Assembly (NCBI GenBank): GCA_032718475.1
Contig: JAUCBJ010000159.1
Location: 1-61,056 of the forward strand
DNA: 61,056 nucleotides
Reading direction: 5' to 3'
From: Nemertoderma westbladi
Lineage: Eukaryota; Animalia; Xenacoelomorpha
The notes beneath the pieces were generated by a model, which was not told the DNA's origin, made no database searches, and worked only from the letters and a program-made list of their open reading frames with translations. The translations under genes and the position numbers were made by a program. This document shows, piece after piece, positions 40,601 to 50,696 of this stretch. Numbering within the stretch: the first letter of the stretch is position 1; each line of letters starts with the position of its first letter.

Positions 40601-42811
40601 GCTCTATACGCTATAGCCATCGGCCGGAATGTAACTGAACAGATTGACTATACATTAGAGAAAACTGTCTATTGGACCGACGCTTTACTCGTGTTAGAGT
40701 ATATAACCAATGAAGTCTGTCAGTTCAGCGTCTTCGTTACCAACAGGGTAGCCATCATACTTAGTCGCACGACGATGGACCAATGGAGACATTGCCCCGG
40801 AACGATTAACCCAGCAGACATCGCTTCCCGGGGAGCGACTCCAAAGGAATTGGTAAATACTCCCGAATGGTTAGGAGGACCCGACTTTCTCTACAGAGAA
40901 GAAGAAGAATGGCCTCCCCATCTCACAACAGCAGAGATCAGACAGGCCAAGGGAGCGGAGAAAGTTAAACCCAAAACTCGAGCGAGTAAATCGAAGTTGT
41001 TTAAACCTGCGGTTGATCTATCTGTATTATTTACTTCCGGAGAGGATGCTTTGGATCAGAAACCCACCGCCACGACGAAAGAAGTCTTGGAAATCCGTGA
41101 CAAGGATTGGAAATCTAGAATACCAGATATCGCGCAAGGACTCTCACCTCTCTTGCAGAGAGCGATACGTCACTACAGTTCCTGGAATCGACTCTGTAAA
41201 GCTGTCACCTATTTAAAACGATGTTTTCATCATCGTTACTCCGGGACAAAGCCCAATAGTGATGATGCTCCATCAACATCTGCACGAGTCCATGTTGTTA
41301 AAGATCTTCCACAATACAAGGTATCCGACAGGTTTCTAAAGGAGAAGATCAGCTACCAGGAGCATGATGAAACCAACAAACAGATGCTGAGACTCCTACA
41401 ATGCTATGAGGATTCCGATAAGTATTTCCTGTTGTTAAGAAATCCGCAGATGCGCTTAAGGGATCGCTTCTCTAGTACCATGATAGATGGGTTAATACGT
41501 GTTGGAGGTCGGCTCACCAACGCCCCGTTATCCTTTGACACTAAATTTCCCATACTCATTAGAAATCTTGATATACAAATCAAGATAATTGTGGATGTTC
41601 ATAGCAAACTGTATCATGCTGGTAGAGAACGAGTTCTGAGCGAAATTCGAACTCGCTACTATTTTTATAAACCTCGTAGGGCTCTGAACCAAGTTCTTAG
41701 GAATTGTATACCCTGTAGGAAAGCATTCAGTAGGCCTTTGACACAGCGAGAGGCAGAATTACCTAGGGAAACAGTAAGCTTCTATGAACCACCCTTTACT
41801 AATACCGGTGTGGATTTATTTGGCCCTATTGAAGTATATCGTGCCCGGACTATAGTCAAGAGATGGTGTGTCATCTTCGTTTGTATGACTTGTAGAGCTA
41901 TCCACCTCGATATGGTAAACGATCTCTCCACCAACAGCTTCGTGTTGAGTTTACGACGACAGATCGCTCGCTTCGGAACCAGTAACACGATGAGATCGGA
42001 TAAGGGAACGAACTTCATTGGCGCCAACAACGAAATTCAAGCTTACGTAAAGGACTGGAACAAAAGACAGGTGGACGATCAGCTAAGGATAACAGCGTCT
42101 AGCTGGACCTTCAACGCCGCCGACGCCCCTTGGTGGGGAGGAAGTTGGGAGAGATTGATTAGGAGCGTGAAGACTGCGTTCCATTTTATTGTGCCCTGTC
42201 GCGCTTATCTCACCGACGAACTATTGCGGACGTTAATGGAGGAAATCGCCGCCTATCTCAACGAAAGACCGCTTATGCCAGTCTCTTCAAATCCTGATTC
42301 CCTGGAAGCGCTAACACCCGCGCACTTTCTACTGAAGAAGCCCGTAGCCATGCTCCCACGATCAGAGATCACCGACGGAGACGAGTACTGCCGTCGAACC
42401 TGGCAACTTATGCAGTTGCTATCCCGTCGTTTCGCTGACCATTTCGAGAAACATTACCTGCCCACTCTACAACTTCGAACTAAGTGGTTTGCGCAGCAAG
42501 AAAACGTCAGCGCTGGAAACATGGTGCTTATTGTGGACCCCGATCTCCCACGTAAGCGATGGCAAACGGGACGTATCATCGAGACTTATATCTCGAGCGA
42601 TGGTTTGGTGCGATCAGTAGAGCTCGTCGTCATGCGGCGGAACTTTAAGAAACCAGGGATAGTCTTTGAGACTCAACAGCTCAATCGCCCAGTGGGACGT
42701 TTATGTTTACTGGAAAGAGACAGAGAGCTCTCCGGAAACTATGGAAGGCAAGAAACTCTTCCCACGACCACTTCCCTAATCCAACCGACATCTAGGGACT
42801 CCCCAACTTAA
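34631..42811 (+). CDS. BEL/Pao Gag-Pol polyprotein (2726 aa, intact)
   Basis: Capsid-like KFNGD..W..F; three knuckles (CALCDGTHHLNRC, CYNCLRQGHQRRTC, CAKCGAKHHILLH); protease LLDSGS; RT DIEGMFLQV and YMDD; Pao RNase H FGDAS..PRAEL..WTDA; integrase HHCC, VDLFGP, SDKGTNF, WERLIRSVK. Confidence 0.97.
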   Translation: MSDTKQNLSDSLLDVTICDSDRGVEPSSRKFSSPPTVRKVIPPVVITEPRLVQHRRSIIGTRAQVKRDQEAAEQQQPASQELIPQRPSSSSSEDTVELTPERGAEMTDAVYTDPLLILPAAVLTRLLIAVEEHQIDWARSQRTTRDSYAGYTSEELKSIVESQWNFPGPGLPFDLSEAAWEDIHRMGVAKETIDPAVWKRSAAGYAQGFFSSMERVERQLFKQPQGPQEQGQLLYQVRERVLRIRLILSAFEEASKRRQDTSLQVAVKTWLQRVRRQVQGAAQWKAQLEERSTHGESTDATFSQVESEATAEKPHKKDAIDIYLSDYQRFLGDEELRRRLEGLSPNSEGAKLVLDAIDVDRLAANQAKFDEQLRIAREKEEQVRKKRIEDRKTAAAAVAAAEAERKAAEAAAEAKAAAAAVEAERKAAAAEAKAAAAAVEAERKAAAAEAERKIAVAEAERRASEETTQLELENLQERQDNFNKQLTASNMQMMNRSTPKRQGYTSSEEGDTTDTEGGGNRSRLSRRKRTFHRQKLPDLPPAVRRQLNNTNLESTEPTDQIITIERLPTIVDEPEISRPVLEITPSVIDTPVLPEATYKFPLHSTKLPVPRRTAQETVQVLDPERNIPNLSPVVPRLPATTLADPVSAVDWVDERRRGMDILLGEMKENRIRSSQQVRELEGTVQHLKGTVRESKLELQEVQQSIALERDKLVNLQKGIPPPPVTMCQPVRSEVSHAQGVEPTRIYTASEVETPIVNPIKGNYRPVDNDIPYRTDHNPRNLYTDNSILNNTMAQESFTRQMARTEARQAVKVGEIVKFNGDEMKWLPFNEYYKDNIQNSVLSNGEKLRYLIECLEGSPKLMALKFIGHPDGLRQVWDTLNIRYGNRNNIAGYLYAKLVAPRKFISSGIIEFSDEIQEICRQLDWLGKSHEYQNTMVIRAVASTLPKGGVGTRWDKKVLYMMEQQRRDPTMADLMSFLDGEVKLQLLKLSREKTPESKVSEKPVSRRKVTPVCYTDDGESQTSQGEDSGKDTDRSYYVNKMPKDQVSKFKSRTNDRREQVRKTPPTSPKRIQVRKPEEKASVHNVTQNKVSNIKPKCALCDGTHHLNRCDEFLKKSLTERREVMWDKRLCYNCLRQGHQRRTCFSDIRCAKCGAKHHILLHAEFDRNSPNQVSDSELHVQFSDVNDTDQSEMEGFYTDEFSDENESCYMINTAVYRALTYEKDPDNDFTLTTSERQPSWKEPSSNVGIREFPVVQVRVHGPKRSYVVNALLDSGSTGTFIDKELAEDIFAGQPKFQTKLNMSGIMQVWKSTITPDYYVGALSTPQDELGEHSIRSVKMVAIKNFATTQADLYNWDEDESIQHLNIPRFQTEYPGVQILIGQNAHEALETLEKRPAQPQPLQTYAVRTRVGWYFTGPSRRTLRERLPPESVCQVSEWEDDTSEGDNSTEGIPYSSDNDDVHQLFDEENTIDLLKENEAWQNQVNLCQLLYPSEREAYNDELNDVIERCNAKTRDEHAVRFFTQEAVEPNSYDKALSVEEERAKQIQETTTRFIKDQGRYEVGLPFRKREPKFINNRPLAEKRIAQLHRRLTANSSAKAMYQTQLEKFISKGYAERVPEETPVTERTYYLTHHYVPKPGKPNEVRVVFDGSALYMGQSLNSELLPGPNLLQSLLGILLRLRQYSIAFASDIEGMFLQVKVLDRDRDSLRFLWWPEGDLNQKPVEYWMTIQAFGIISSPSNACSVVRTTAEDNREAFSKEVIDNIKRDIYMDDNLKSLPSVEEAIEVAKGTVECLKRGGFRLTKFTSNSREFLESIPAEDRGAKDLDLIKDDLPETKTLGLKWDTERDILFFQLKQRDNPVRTKRICLSILSTYFDPLGFISPVILIARSLVQQMWLENHSWDDPLKGELLKQWMKWEDSLPDIEDFIISRSYFGHVLPTYSYQLHVFGDASDMGIGIVAYLRVETPDGIKVALVTSKALINNKLKVPRAELKAALYAIAIGRNVTEQIDYTLEKTVYWTDALLVLEYITNEVCQFSVFVTNRVAIILSRTTMDQWRHCPGTINPADIASRGATPKELVNTPEWLGGPDFLYREEEEWPPHLTTAEIRQAKGAEKVKPKTRASKSKLFKPAVDLSVLFTSGEDALDQKPTATTKEVLEIRDKDWKSRIPDIAQGLSPLLQRAIRHYSSWNRLCKAVTYLKRCFHHRYSGTKPNSDDAPSTSARVHVVKDLPQYKVSDRFLKEKISYQEHDETNKQMLRLLQCYEDSDKYFLLLRNPQMRLRDRFSSTMIDGLIRVGGRLTNAPLSFDTKFPILIRNLDIQIKIIVDVHSKLYHAGRERVLSEIRTRYYFYKPRRALNQVLRNCIPCRKAFSRPLTQREAELPRETVSFYEPPFTNTGVDLFGPIEVYRARTIVKRWCVIFVCMTCRAIHLDMVNDLSTNSFVLSLRRQIARFGTSNTMRSDKGTNFIGANNEIQAYVKDWNKRQVDDQLRITASSWTFNAADAPWWGGSWERLIRSVKTAFHFIVPCRAYLTDELLRTLMEEIAAYLNERPLMPVSSNPDSLEALTPAHFLLKKPVAMLPRSEITDGDEYCRRTWQLMQLLSRRFADHFEKHYLPTLQLRTKWFAQQENVSAGNMVLIVDPDLPRKRWQTGRIIETYISSDGLVRSVELVVMRRNFKKPGIVFETQQLNRPVGRLCLLERDRELSGNYGRQETLPTTTSLIQPTSRDSPT

Positions 42812-42939
42812 TATCGTTCGGAGTGGGCGTGTGACTCTATTATTTTATATTATTTTATTATTTTTTACATTTATGTATGTATTACTATGTAATTTTATTA
42901 TAATCGTTTTATTTAATTTAGTAGAATATTATTTAGCGA

Positions 42940-45558
42940 TTATTTTGTAGAATAGTGCAATATATTCGTGTTTATTACGTAAATAACTTGTCTTAATCCG
43001 TCTGGATGTCCAATAAACTTTAACGCCATTAACTTGGGAGATCCTTCCAAGCACTCGATGAGGTATCTCAGTTTTTCTCCATTAGATAGTACAGAGTTCT
43101 GTATGTTATCTTTGTAATATTCATTAAAAGGTAACCATTTCATCTCATCTCCATTGAACTTGACGATCTCTCCAACCTTTACCGCTTGCCGGGCTTCGGT
43201 TCTAGCCATTTGACGCGTAAAACTTTCTTGGGCCATTGTGCTATTTAATATCGAGTTATCGGTATATAAATTTCTCGGATTATGATCCGGTCTATAGGGA
43301 ATATCACTATCAACAGGTCTATAATTACCCTTAATAGGGTTCACTATAGGAGTTTCTACTTCGCTAGCAGTATAGATGCGTGTAGGCTCCACACCTTGCG
43401 CATGAGATACTTCAGACCTAACGGGTTGACACATTGTTACAGAGGGTGGTGGTATACCCTTTTGGGTGTTTACTAATTTATCGCGTTCAAGCGCGATACT
43501 TTGCTGCACTTCTTGCAACTCTAGCCTACTTTCCCTCACTGTTCCCTTTAAATGTTGGACAGTCCCTTCCAACTCTCGGACCTGTTGGGAGGAGCGTATC
43601 TGATTCTCCTTCATCTCTCCAAGGAGAATATCCATCCCCCGCCGTCTCTCGTCTACCCAATCAACCGCCGAAACGGGATCCGCCAACGTCGTAGCGGGCA
43701 GACAAGGGACAACGGGCGACAAATTCGGAATATTTCGCTCGGGGTCCAGGACCTGAACTGTCTCTCGGGCAGTTCTACGGGGCACAAGTAGCTTAGTGCT
43801 ATGTAGAGGGAACTTATAGGTAGTCTCAGGGAGCACAGGTATGTCTATCACCGAAGGGGTGATTTCAAGAACAGGCCTAATTATTTCAGGCTCATCTACT
43901 ATAGTAGGGAGTCTTTCTATTTTAATTATTGGGTCTGTGGGCTCTGTACTACCCAAGTTGGTGCTATTTAGTTGCCTTCTAACAGCTGGAGGCAAATCAG
44001 GCAATTTCTGACGGTGGAATGTTCTTTTACGTCTACTTGGACGAGATCTATTTCCCTTGCCTTCAGTATCGGTGGTATCGCCTTCCTCAGATGATGTATA
44101 CCCCTGTCTCTTGGGAGTAGATCGACTCATCATCTGCATATTGCTCGCTGTTAACTGTTTATTGAAGTTGTCCTGCTTTTCTTGAAGAATTTCCAACTCT
44201 AGTTGGGTTGCCTCTTCAGATGCCCTCCGTTCTGCTTCTACCACTGCCTCTGCTGTTGCCAGTGCCGCCTTTCTTTCTGCTTCGGCCGCTGCCTCTGCCG
44301 CTGCCTCTGCCGCTTTTGCCTTGGCCGCTGCCGCCTTTCTTTCTGCTTCTGCAGCTGCCACTGCTGCTGCTACTGCCGCTGCCTTTCTGTCTTCTATACG
44401 TTTTTTCTTTACTTGTTCTTCCTGTACCTTAACGACGCGGAGTTGTTCATCGAATTTAGCTTGATTAGCCGCTAACCTATCCACGTCGATGGCGTCAAGC
44501 ACACGCTGTGCTCCTTCACTATTAGGGCTAAGTCCCTCTAGTCTTCTCCGCAACTCTTCATCACCTACAAAACGCTGATAGTCTGACAGATAGATATCAA
44601 TGGCATCCTTCTTATGCGGTTTCTCTGCCGTCGCCTCACTTTCCACTTGGGAAAAAGTAGCGTCTGTTGATTCTCCATGGGTTGATCGCTCCTCTAGCTG
44701 AGCTTTCCACTGAGCAGTTCCTCGAACCTGGAGATTCACTCTTTGAAACCAAGTCTTTACGGCAACTTGCAACGACGTGTCTTGCCTTCTTTTAGAAGCC
44801 TCCTCAAAGGCGGATAAGATTAGCCTAATCCGCAGAACTCTTTCTCTAACTTGATAAAGCAGCGATCCCTGCTCTTGAGGTCCTTGAGGTTGTTGAAAAA
44901 GTTGCTTTTCTATTCGCTCCATAGAGCTGAAGAATCCCTGTGCGTATCCGGCTGCGGACCTCTTCCATACAGCTGGATCGATGGTTTCCTTGGCTACTCC
45001 CATCCGGTGTATGTCTTCCCAGGCAGCTTCTGATAAATCAAACGGGAGTCCGGGTCCGGGGAAGTTCCATTGCGACTCGACAATAGACTTCAGTTCTTCA
45101 CTAGTGTATCCCGCGTAGTTATCTCTAGTTGACCGTTGACTTCTCGCCCAATCAATCTGGTGTTCTTCCACCGCGATCAATAACCCAGCGAGCACGGCTG
45201 CAGGAAGGATGAGAAGGGGATCCGTATAAACCGCATCCGTCATCTCTGCTCCGCTCTCGGGTGTCAGCTCTACAGTATCCTCACTACTGGAGCTGCTGGG
45301 CCGCTGAGGAATAAGTTCTTGACTAGCGGGTTGTTGCTGTTCCGCTGCCTTTTGGTCCCGCTTGACCTGAGCTCGAGTGCCTATGATAGACCTACGATGT
45401 TGGACCAGCCTAGGTTCTGTTATTACTACTGGAGGGATGACTTTCCTCACAGTGGGAGGTGAACTGGATTTACGACCAGACAGTGGTACGTCTCTATCTG
45501 AGTCGCAGATAGTTACATCTAATAAACTGTCTGACAGGTTCTGCTTAGTATCAGACAT
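42940..45558 (-). CDS. Antisense truncated Gag paralog (858 aa homologous to the Gag N-terminus + 14-aa new tail)
   Basis: Collinear with residues 1-875 of the Gag-Pol, with many substitutions but no stop or frameshift. Homology ends at 42985 (HPDGLRQV|IYVINTNILHYSTK*). Confidence 0.85.
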   Translation of the reverse strand: MSDTKQNLSDSLLDVTICDSDRDVPLSGRKSSSPPTVRKVIPPVVITEPRLVQHRRSIIGTRAQVKRDQKAAEQQQPASQELIPQRPSSSSSEDTVELTPESGAEMTDAVYTDPLLILPAAVLAGLLIAVEEHQIDWARSQRSTRDNYAGYTSEELKSIVESQWNFPGPGLPFDLSEAAWEDIHRMGVAKETIDPAVWKRSAAGYAQGFFSSMERIEKQLFQQPQGPQEQGSLLYQVRERVLRIRLILSAFEEASKRRQDTSLQVAVKTWFQRVNLQVRGTAQWKAQLEERSTHGESTDATFSQVESEATAEKPHKKDAIDIYLSDYQRFVGDEELRRRLEGLSPNSEGAQRVLDAIDVDRLAANQAKFDEQLRVVKVQEEQVKKKRIEDRKAAAVAAAVAAAEAERKAAAAKAKAAEAAAEAAAEAERKAALATAEAVVEAERRASEEATQLELEILQEKQDNFNKQLTASNMQMMSRSTPKRQGYTSSEEGDTTDTEGKGNRSRPSRRKRTFHRQKLPDLPPAVRRQLNSTNLGSTEPTDPIIKIERLPTIVDEPEIIRPVLEITPSVIDIPVLPETTYKFPLHSTKLLVPRRTARETVQVLDPERNIPNLSPVVPCLPATTLADPVSAVDWVDERRRGMDILLGEMKENQIRSSQQVRELEGTVQHLKGTVRESRLELQEVQQSIALERDKLVNTQKGIPPPSVTMCQPVRSEVSHAQGVEPTRIYTASEVETPIVNPIKGNYRPVDSDIPYRPDHNPRNLYTDNSILNSTMAQESFTRQMARTEARQAVKVGEIVKFNGDEMKWLPFNEYYKDNIQNSVLSNGEKLRYLIECLEGSPKLMALKFIGHPDGLRQVIYVINTNILHYSTK

Positions 45559-47842
45559 GACTATGTATACCGTTGAATGTCTACTGCTGTATTACAGTCT
45601 GAGTAAGTCTAGTAACTCAATATTACCTACTAGCCTAGTAATTAATTACCGGTACTGCTACTCAGTGTAGCGTGATATATATAATATATTAGAATACCGG
45701 TATACTTATAGTATATATAACTATATAAGTATTATTACAGACTAGGTTTATCACAGAATACCGGTATAGTTTTAGCACAAATATATATAAATATATAATA
45801 GGCCTATCTGAATACCGGTATACAGCTTACAGTTTGTAGGATATATAATTCTGAAATAGAATTAATTACAAGTACCGGTATAATTTCAACCTAGATTTAT
45901 AGAAATAAAGATAATAGGCCTATCGTAAATACCGGTATGCAGTTTACACTTATAGTGTATATATATAAGTATAATTACAAACTAGAATTAATTACAAGTA
46001 CCGGTATAATTTCAGCCGAAATTTATAGAAATAAAGATAATAGGCCTATCGTAAATACCGGTATATCAATTATTTCAAATAATTGAATTTCTGATACTTT
46101 AGGGTTACTTGGTTACTTTACTTACTTTATTACCGTTATTTGAGCAGTAATCCAACTGATATTGAGGCCTAATGGTTGTATGGTAGGCCTACGATTTATA
46201 AATCGTTAGATTTGATTTATAATATATATATACCCGTTTTAATGGGTTTTGTCAATGTTTGAAATAAATGTTATTATTTCTGGGGAGTAATCACTACACA
46301 AAGCGGTGCGCTTTCAGTGAAGTGTTACGTACAGGACACTAAAACAAATAATACTAATTTACCTAAGTTACTTAATACTACAAATTACTTACAATTCGGG
46401 TGAGATTACAATCTCTAAATAAACATAAAATCTTACAAAAACACAAATACGAATTTTTTAGGGTAATTTTACAAGAAGTCTACAAACCAGCCTAACAAAG
46501 GGTTAGAAATCTGATTATTACAGCGGACAGGGTACTACGGTATTTGAAATAATAAGTAGTAGTAAATACACTGCGTTGTCTAGATAGGAAAATGCCACCG
46601 CCTGACGACCTATAGCCGTATCGCTATAGGTTCTACGTTATGTATCACGGAGTGTTCCTACCTAGAAGTTAATAGAGCTAATCGAATGTGCCTATCAACC
46701 ACTTTACAACACAAATATAATGCCTACAATAATTACTTCGGAAAGCACCGTACACTAAACCCTAAATTAGGTACGAGTACTTGTATAACAAATAATCAGT
46801 AGTTAAATATACTTGAACAGCTAAAAGAACCACGGCATCTGCTGGAGTGACCGATGCACAAAATCACCAGTCTTTACCTACGCCAAGCAGCCCGTGTAGT
46901 ACCGAGGTTAATTTAACTATAACGGTATGTATAACAAACACAATTACTGTAGGAACAAACTTGGGGACTTGAATGTTGCGAATAATCGCATAAACTCTGA
47001 ATAATAAATATTACGCTACGCGTACAAACTACTCAAACAAAATACAGACCGAACACTGACAGACTACTATCAAGCCTAAACAAACCACGGTATATGCAGA
47101 CTCCGAAATGATTAGGGAGTATGCGCTCTAACCCAGTAGTGCGACTTATTCTTTAGTTGGGGTTTACCTTACAGCATTCGCTGCCCTTACTGCCTAATCG
47201 TACTTAATCGGACAGATGATCTACACACGCGGCAATCCGTTCAGACTTAATAACAGCCAGACAACTATCCAGCCTACAAATTATTTAAATAAAATTATAC
47301 GCTACCTGTACAGACTTACACAAACAGAGTACAGACTAAACGATGGCAGACTACTCTCAAGCCTAAATAAACTACAGGACATGCAGACTCCGAAATGATT
47401 AGGGAGTATGCGCTCTAACCCAGTAGTGCGACTTATTCTTTAGTTGGGGGGTTTACCTTACAGCGTTGCTGCCCCTACTTCCTAACCGTACTTAATCGGA
47501 CAAGTGCTCTACACACACTGTAATCCGTTCAGACTTAACAGCAATCAGACAACAGCTCAGCCTACAAATTGTCTATACAATCTGATGAGGTTTACACGCC
47601 TTCTGTTCAATACTGGCCTACAAACAAATAAAACTTGACAGAAATAAGTAAAAATCTCAATAAAAAACCAGGGCTGCAGTCCCTGATTAATTATTAAGGC
47701 CTACTGGTATATAATAATCAAAATCGAATAATACTGCTGTAGGTACCGGTCCGGATGATCAGGCAGTCAGGCCTACTGGTTACCGGTCGACCGGTACTTT
47801 CGACTTTATTGCTTACTGCAATAAAGAAGCTATATCCTTTAA

Positions 47843-49085
47843 TGTTCGCGCTTTCAGACCTTTGGCAGTTTAACCCGCCAAATTAGAATGTCTTCTAGAT
47901 AATAAATCGCTTTTTAGTCTATGACAAGTATTTGATTCACTACACTAGTCGAAACCAATCCGTGCGCGACCATTCACCCGCTGGATATTCCCGGGAGATT
48001 GGGTTCGACGGTTTAATTTTTATTGCTATGTAAGCCTAATTTATTATTCGACTGACAGTAATATATAATCTCTGACAATATTATTTACCTTCGGGAATAT
48101 TAACAGTTCCTTTAGGACGTGGCGCTTTATCTATATAAACAGAGTTATGACTTAAACTACTCACAACGATATGGCTTAATTATAATTCACATATATGGCG
48201 CATTCTTTAGGAATTGCTTCTTTAACAGACTCACTCATACACAATGCTGCACAATACTGCACACTAATCTGACAATCTTCACTGATTTTAGTCACATATA
48301 AAAGGAACACAGGCTGACTCATGTAGGGTCTATCAAATAACATTAGATTCACTTCAAACCACTTTAACATAAGTCACAATCGTTTATCTGTAACCCTTCT
48401 CTCTTACCTTCGGTATATCAAGAACATTGGGTTTCGGGGTTGTTTATCGTTATTCCAAATATAATAATTCATCAACCATATTATGAAGAACTGACGGTAA
48501 ATAGCAGTATAAAACAACAACTGAACACTGATTGTTACGAGTTTGCAATGTTTCAGCAGTCAGCATGTATGATCAGTCAGCAGTCATCAGGTATGTTAAA
48601 TTGCAGTTAAAGGATATATGCCCTTTATAATTAAACCTACTAGTGTACGACTAAAAAGCAGTACAGCACAAAATACTTCTAAGCCGTTCTTTCTTTGGCT
48701 CAAGACTGAATGAAAACACTGCACATAGGCATTGCGTCATTTCTCGGAAATTTTCTGTACAAGGAGCCACAAAAACGCTCTCATTGGCTGACTGAACTGA
48801 GAGACGCCGTAGAACAAAGGAAATCAACACGTATGAATGTCAGCTGTTAACCGTAGTCATAGTAACTACTGTTCAAGAGTAGCTATCACCCCTTTGCGTC
48901 ACGAATTGCCATAGAATCACAAAATATGCCTTTCACAGTACACATACGGAGGAAATAGGTCTTAGATCCTCTAAAAACACCGATACAGCAATAATACGGT
49001 CTCTTACACTTATTAAATCAACTACAGAGTATTTTAATGTAAAAGATAATAAAAATAACGGGGCAATTCAGCAAAGGCTTTTACA
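47843..49085 (-). repeat. Internal inverted LTR variant (1243 bp)
   Basis: Minus strand starts TGTAAAAGCCTTTG (49085) and ends GCGCGAACA (47843). The 3' two-thirds is similar to the outer LTRs; the 5' third is diverged. Confidence 0.88.
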
Positions 49086-49153
49086 CCTAGGAGCTACAGC
49101 CCTCCTCGTAAAGTGGCTCGCCCCAAAGAGAAAAGGACTCTTGCTAGCCTTAA

Positions 49154-50577
49154 CCCTATTACCACTGGGGTGTTTTGACCATTAGCACCACTGGGGGGGG
49201 GGGGGGGGGGGGCGATTCGGCCCACCCACTATATTTTTGTAGTCGTCCAATGAAATCCTACAAAATTTGGGCTGTTGGTGAAACAACTATAGATGAACAC
49301 TACCAAACCTTAAAAAATTAAAATTTCATAAGCAGGGACTCATAATTTTGATGAAAAATAAAAGTAGTCCCAGGACAAAATTACAAAATTTTTCGTTTTC
49401 TAAAAACTAATAGTGTGGCAGTGTTGGCTAGATTTAGTAGGTTTTTCAAGACGCTGAATCGAATGTGATTATATTCCACTTCCAAAAATTGAAGTGGATG
49501 CTATTTTTCGTGCACCTAAGAAGTGGGCGTGGCACTTCAAATTTTGAAAAATTAGATATTCAGAAAATGCCCCTAATTTTTTTATTTCAACGCATCTTTA
49601 TGGGTTTTCTAGACCGCTGAATCGATTGAAAGTAATATAGAAGCCTGAAGACTGAGTGGTTCGCCATTTTTGGTGCACCAAAATTAGGGCGTGGCACTTC
49701 AAATTTTGAAAAATACGAGATTCGGAAAATAAACCAAAATTGAAATTTTAACGAATTTATATAGGTTTTCCAGATCGCTGAATCGATTGAAAGTAATATA
49801 GAAGCCTGAAGACTTAGAAGTTAGCCATTTTTTGAAATCAGAACTTTAGTGTTTTTTCCGAATAAAGTTATTTTGAAAATTTGAAGTACCACGCCCTAAT
49901 TTTGGTGCTCCGAAAATTACGTACACAAAGGATTTGAGGCTTCTATATTACTTTCAATCGATTCAGCGCTCCAGAAAACCTATAAAATTAATTTGAAATC
50001 AAAACTTTAGTGAATTTTCCGAATCTCGTATTTTTCAAAATTTGAAGTGCCACGCCCTAATTTTGGTGCACCAAAAATGGCGAACCACTAAGTCTTCAGG
50101 CTTCTATATTACTTTCAATCGATTCAGCGCTCCAGAAAACCTATAATAATGCTTTGCAAATCAAAACTTTAGTGTATTTTCCGAATATCGTATTTTTAAA
50201 AATTTGAAGTGCCACGCCCTAATTTTGGTGCACCAAAAATGGCGAACCACTACACTTACATACTTGTATAGAGCATTAGAGTGATCCAAACCAATAAAAA
50301 TAAATAAAAATAGCCCAAACATAAATAATTACAAAATCACGAATGACTTTGTAAAATTCGAAAATTTCAAAAAATTTGGTGCTGGAGACCAAATTTTGAG
50401 GTGGCACCCACATCGAAAAGTAGAAATCCAATTGCAACGGCGTTTATTGCAAAAGATGCGGCATTAAATTTGGCTAATTCTCACAAAAAATTGGGCCGGT
50501 ACGTAATGTGGTTGCATAGTTACAGCAACTAAAAACTATGAAGGGGCCGATTCGGCCCCCCCCCAGTGGTAATAGGG
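49154..50577. mobile_element. piggyBac-like MITE (1424 bp)
   Basis: TTAA at 49150-49153 and 50578-50581; TIR CCCTATTACCACTGGGG; internal ~170-bp subrepeats arranged as an inverted set (49440-49850 vs 49870-50250). Confidence 0.9.
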
Positions 50578-50696
50578 TTAAGAAACTGCGTAAACGCCGT
50601 CCGCGCAAGAAAGACTAACTGTTTAGAGTATTTTTATATTTTAGAAACTGTGATTTTGTATATTTTATAGACTTAAATCCCATTTTCTGGGAGCGG

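Noticed and set aside
42940-45558. env-like extra ORF, or an assembly-induced inversion
   Set aside because: It is a gag paralog, not env. It is too diverged from the sense copy, with its own indels and LTR variant, to be a mis-assembled duplicate of the same sequence.
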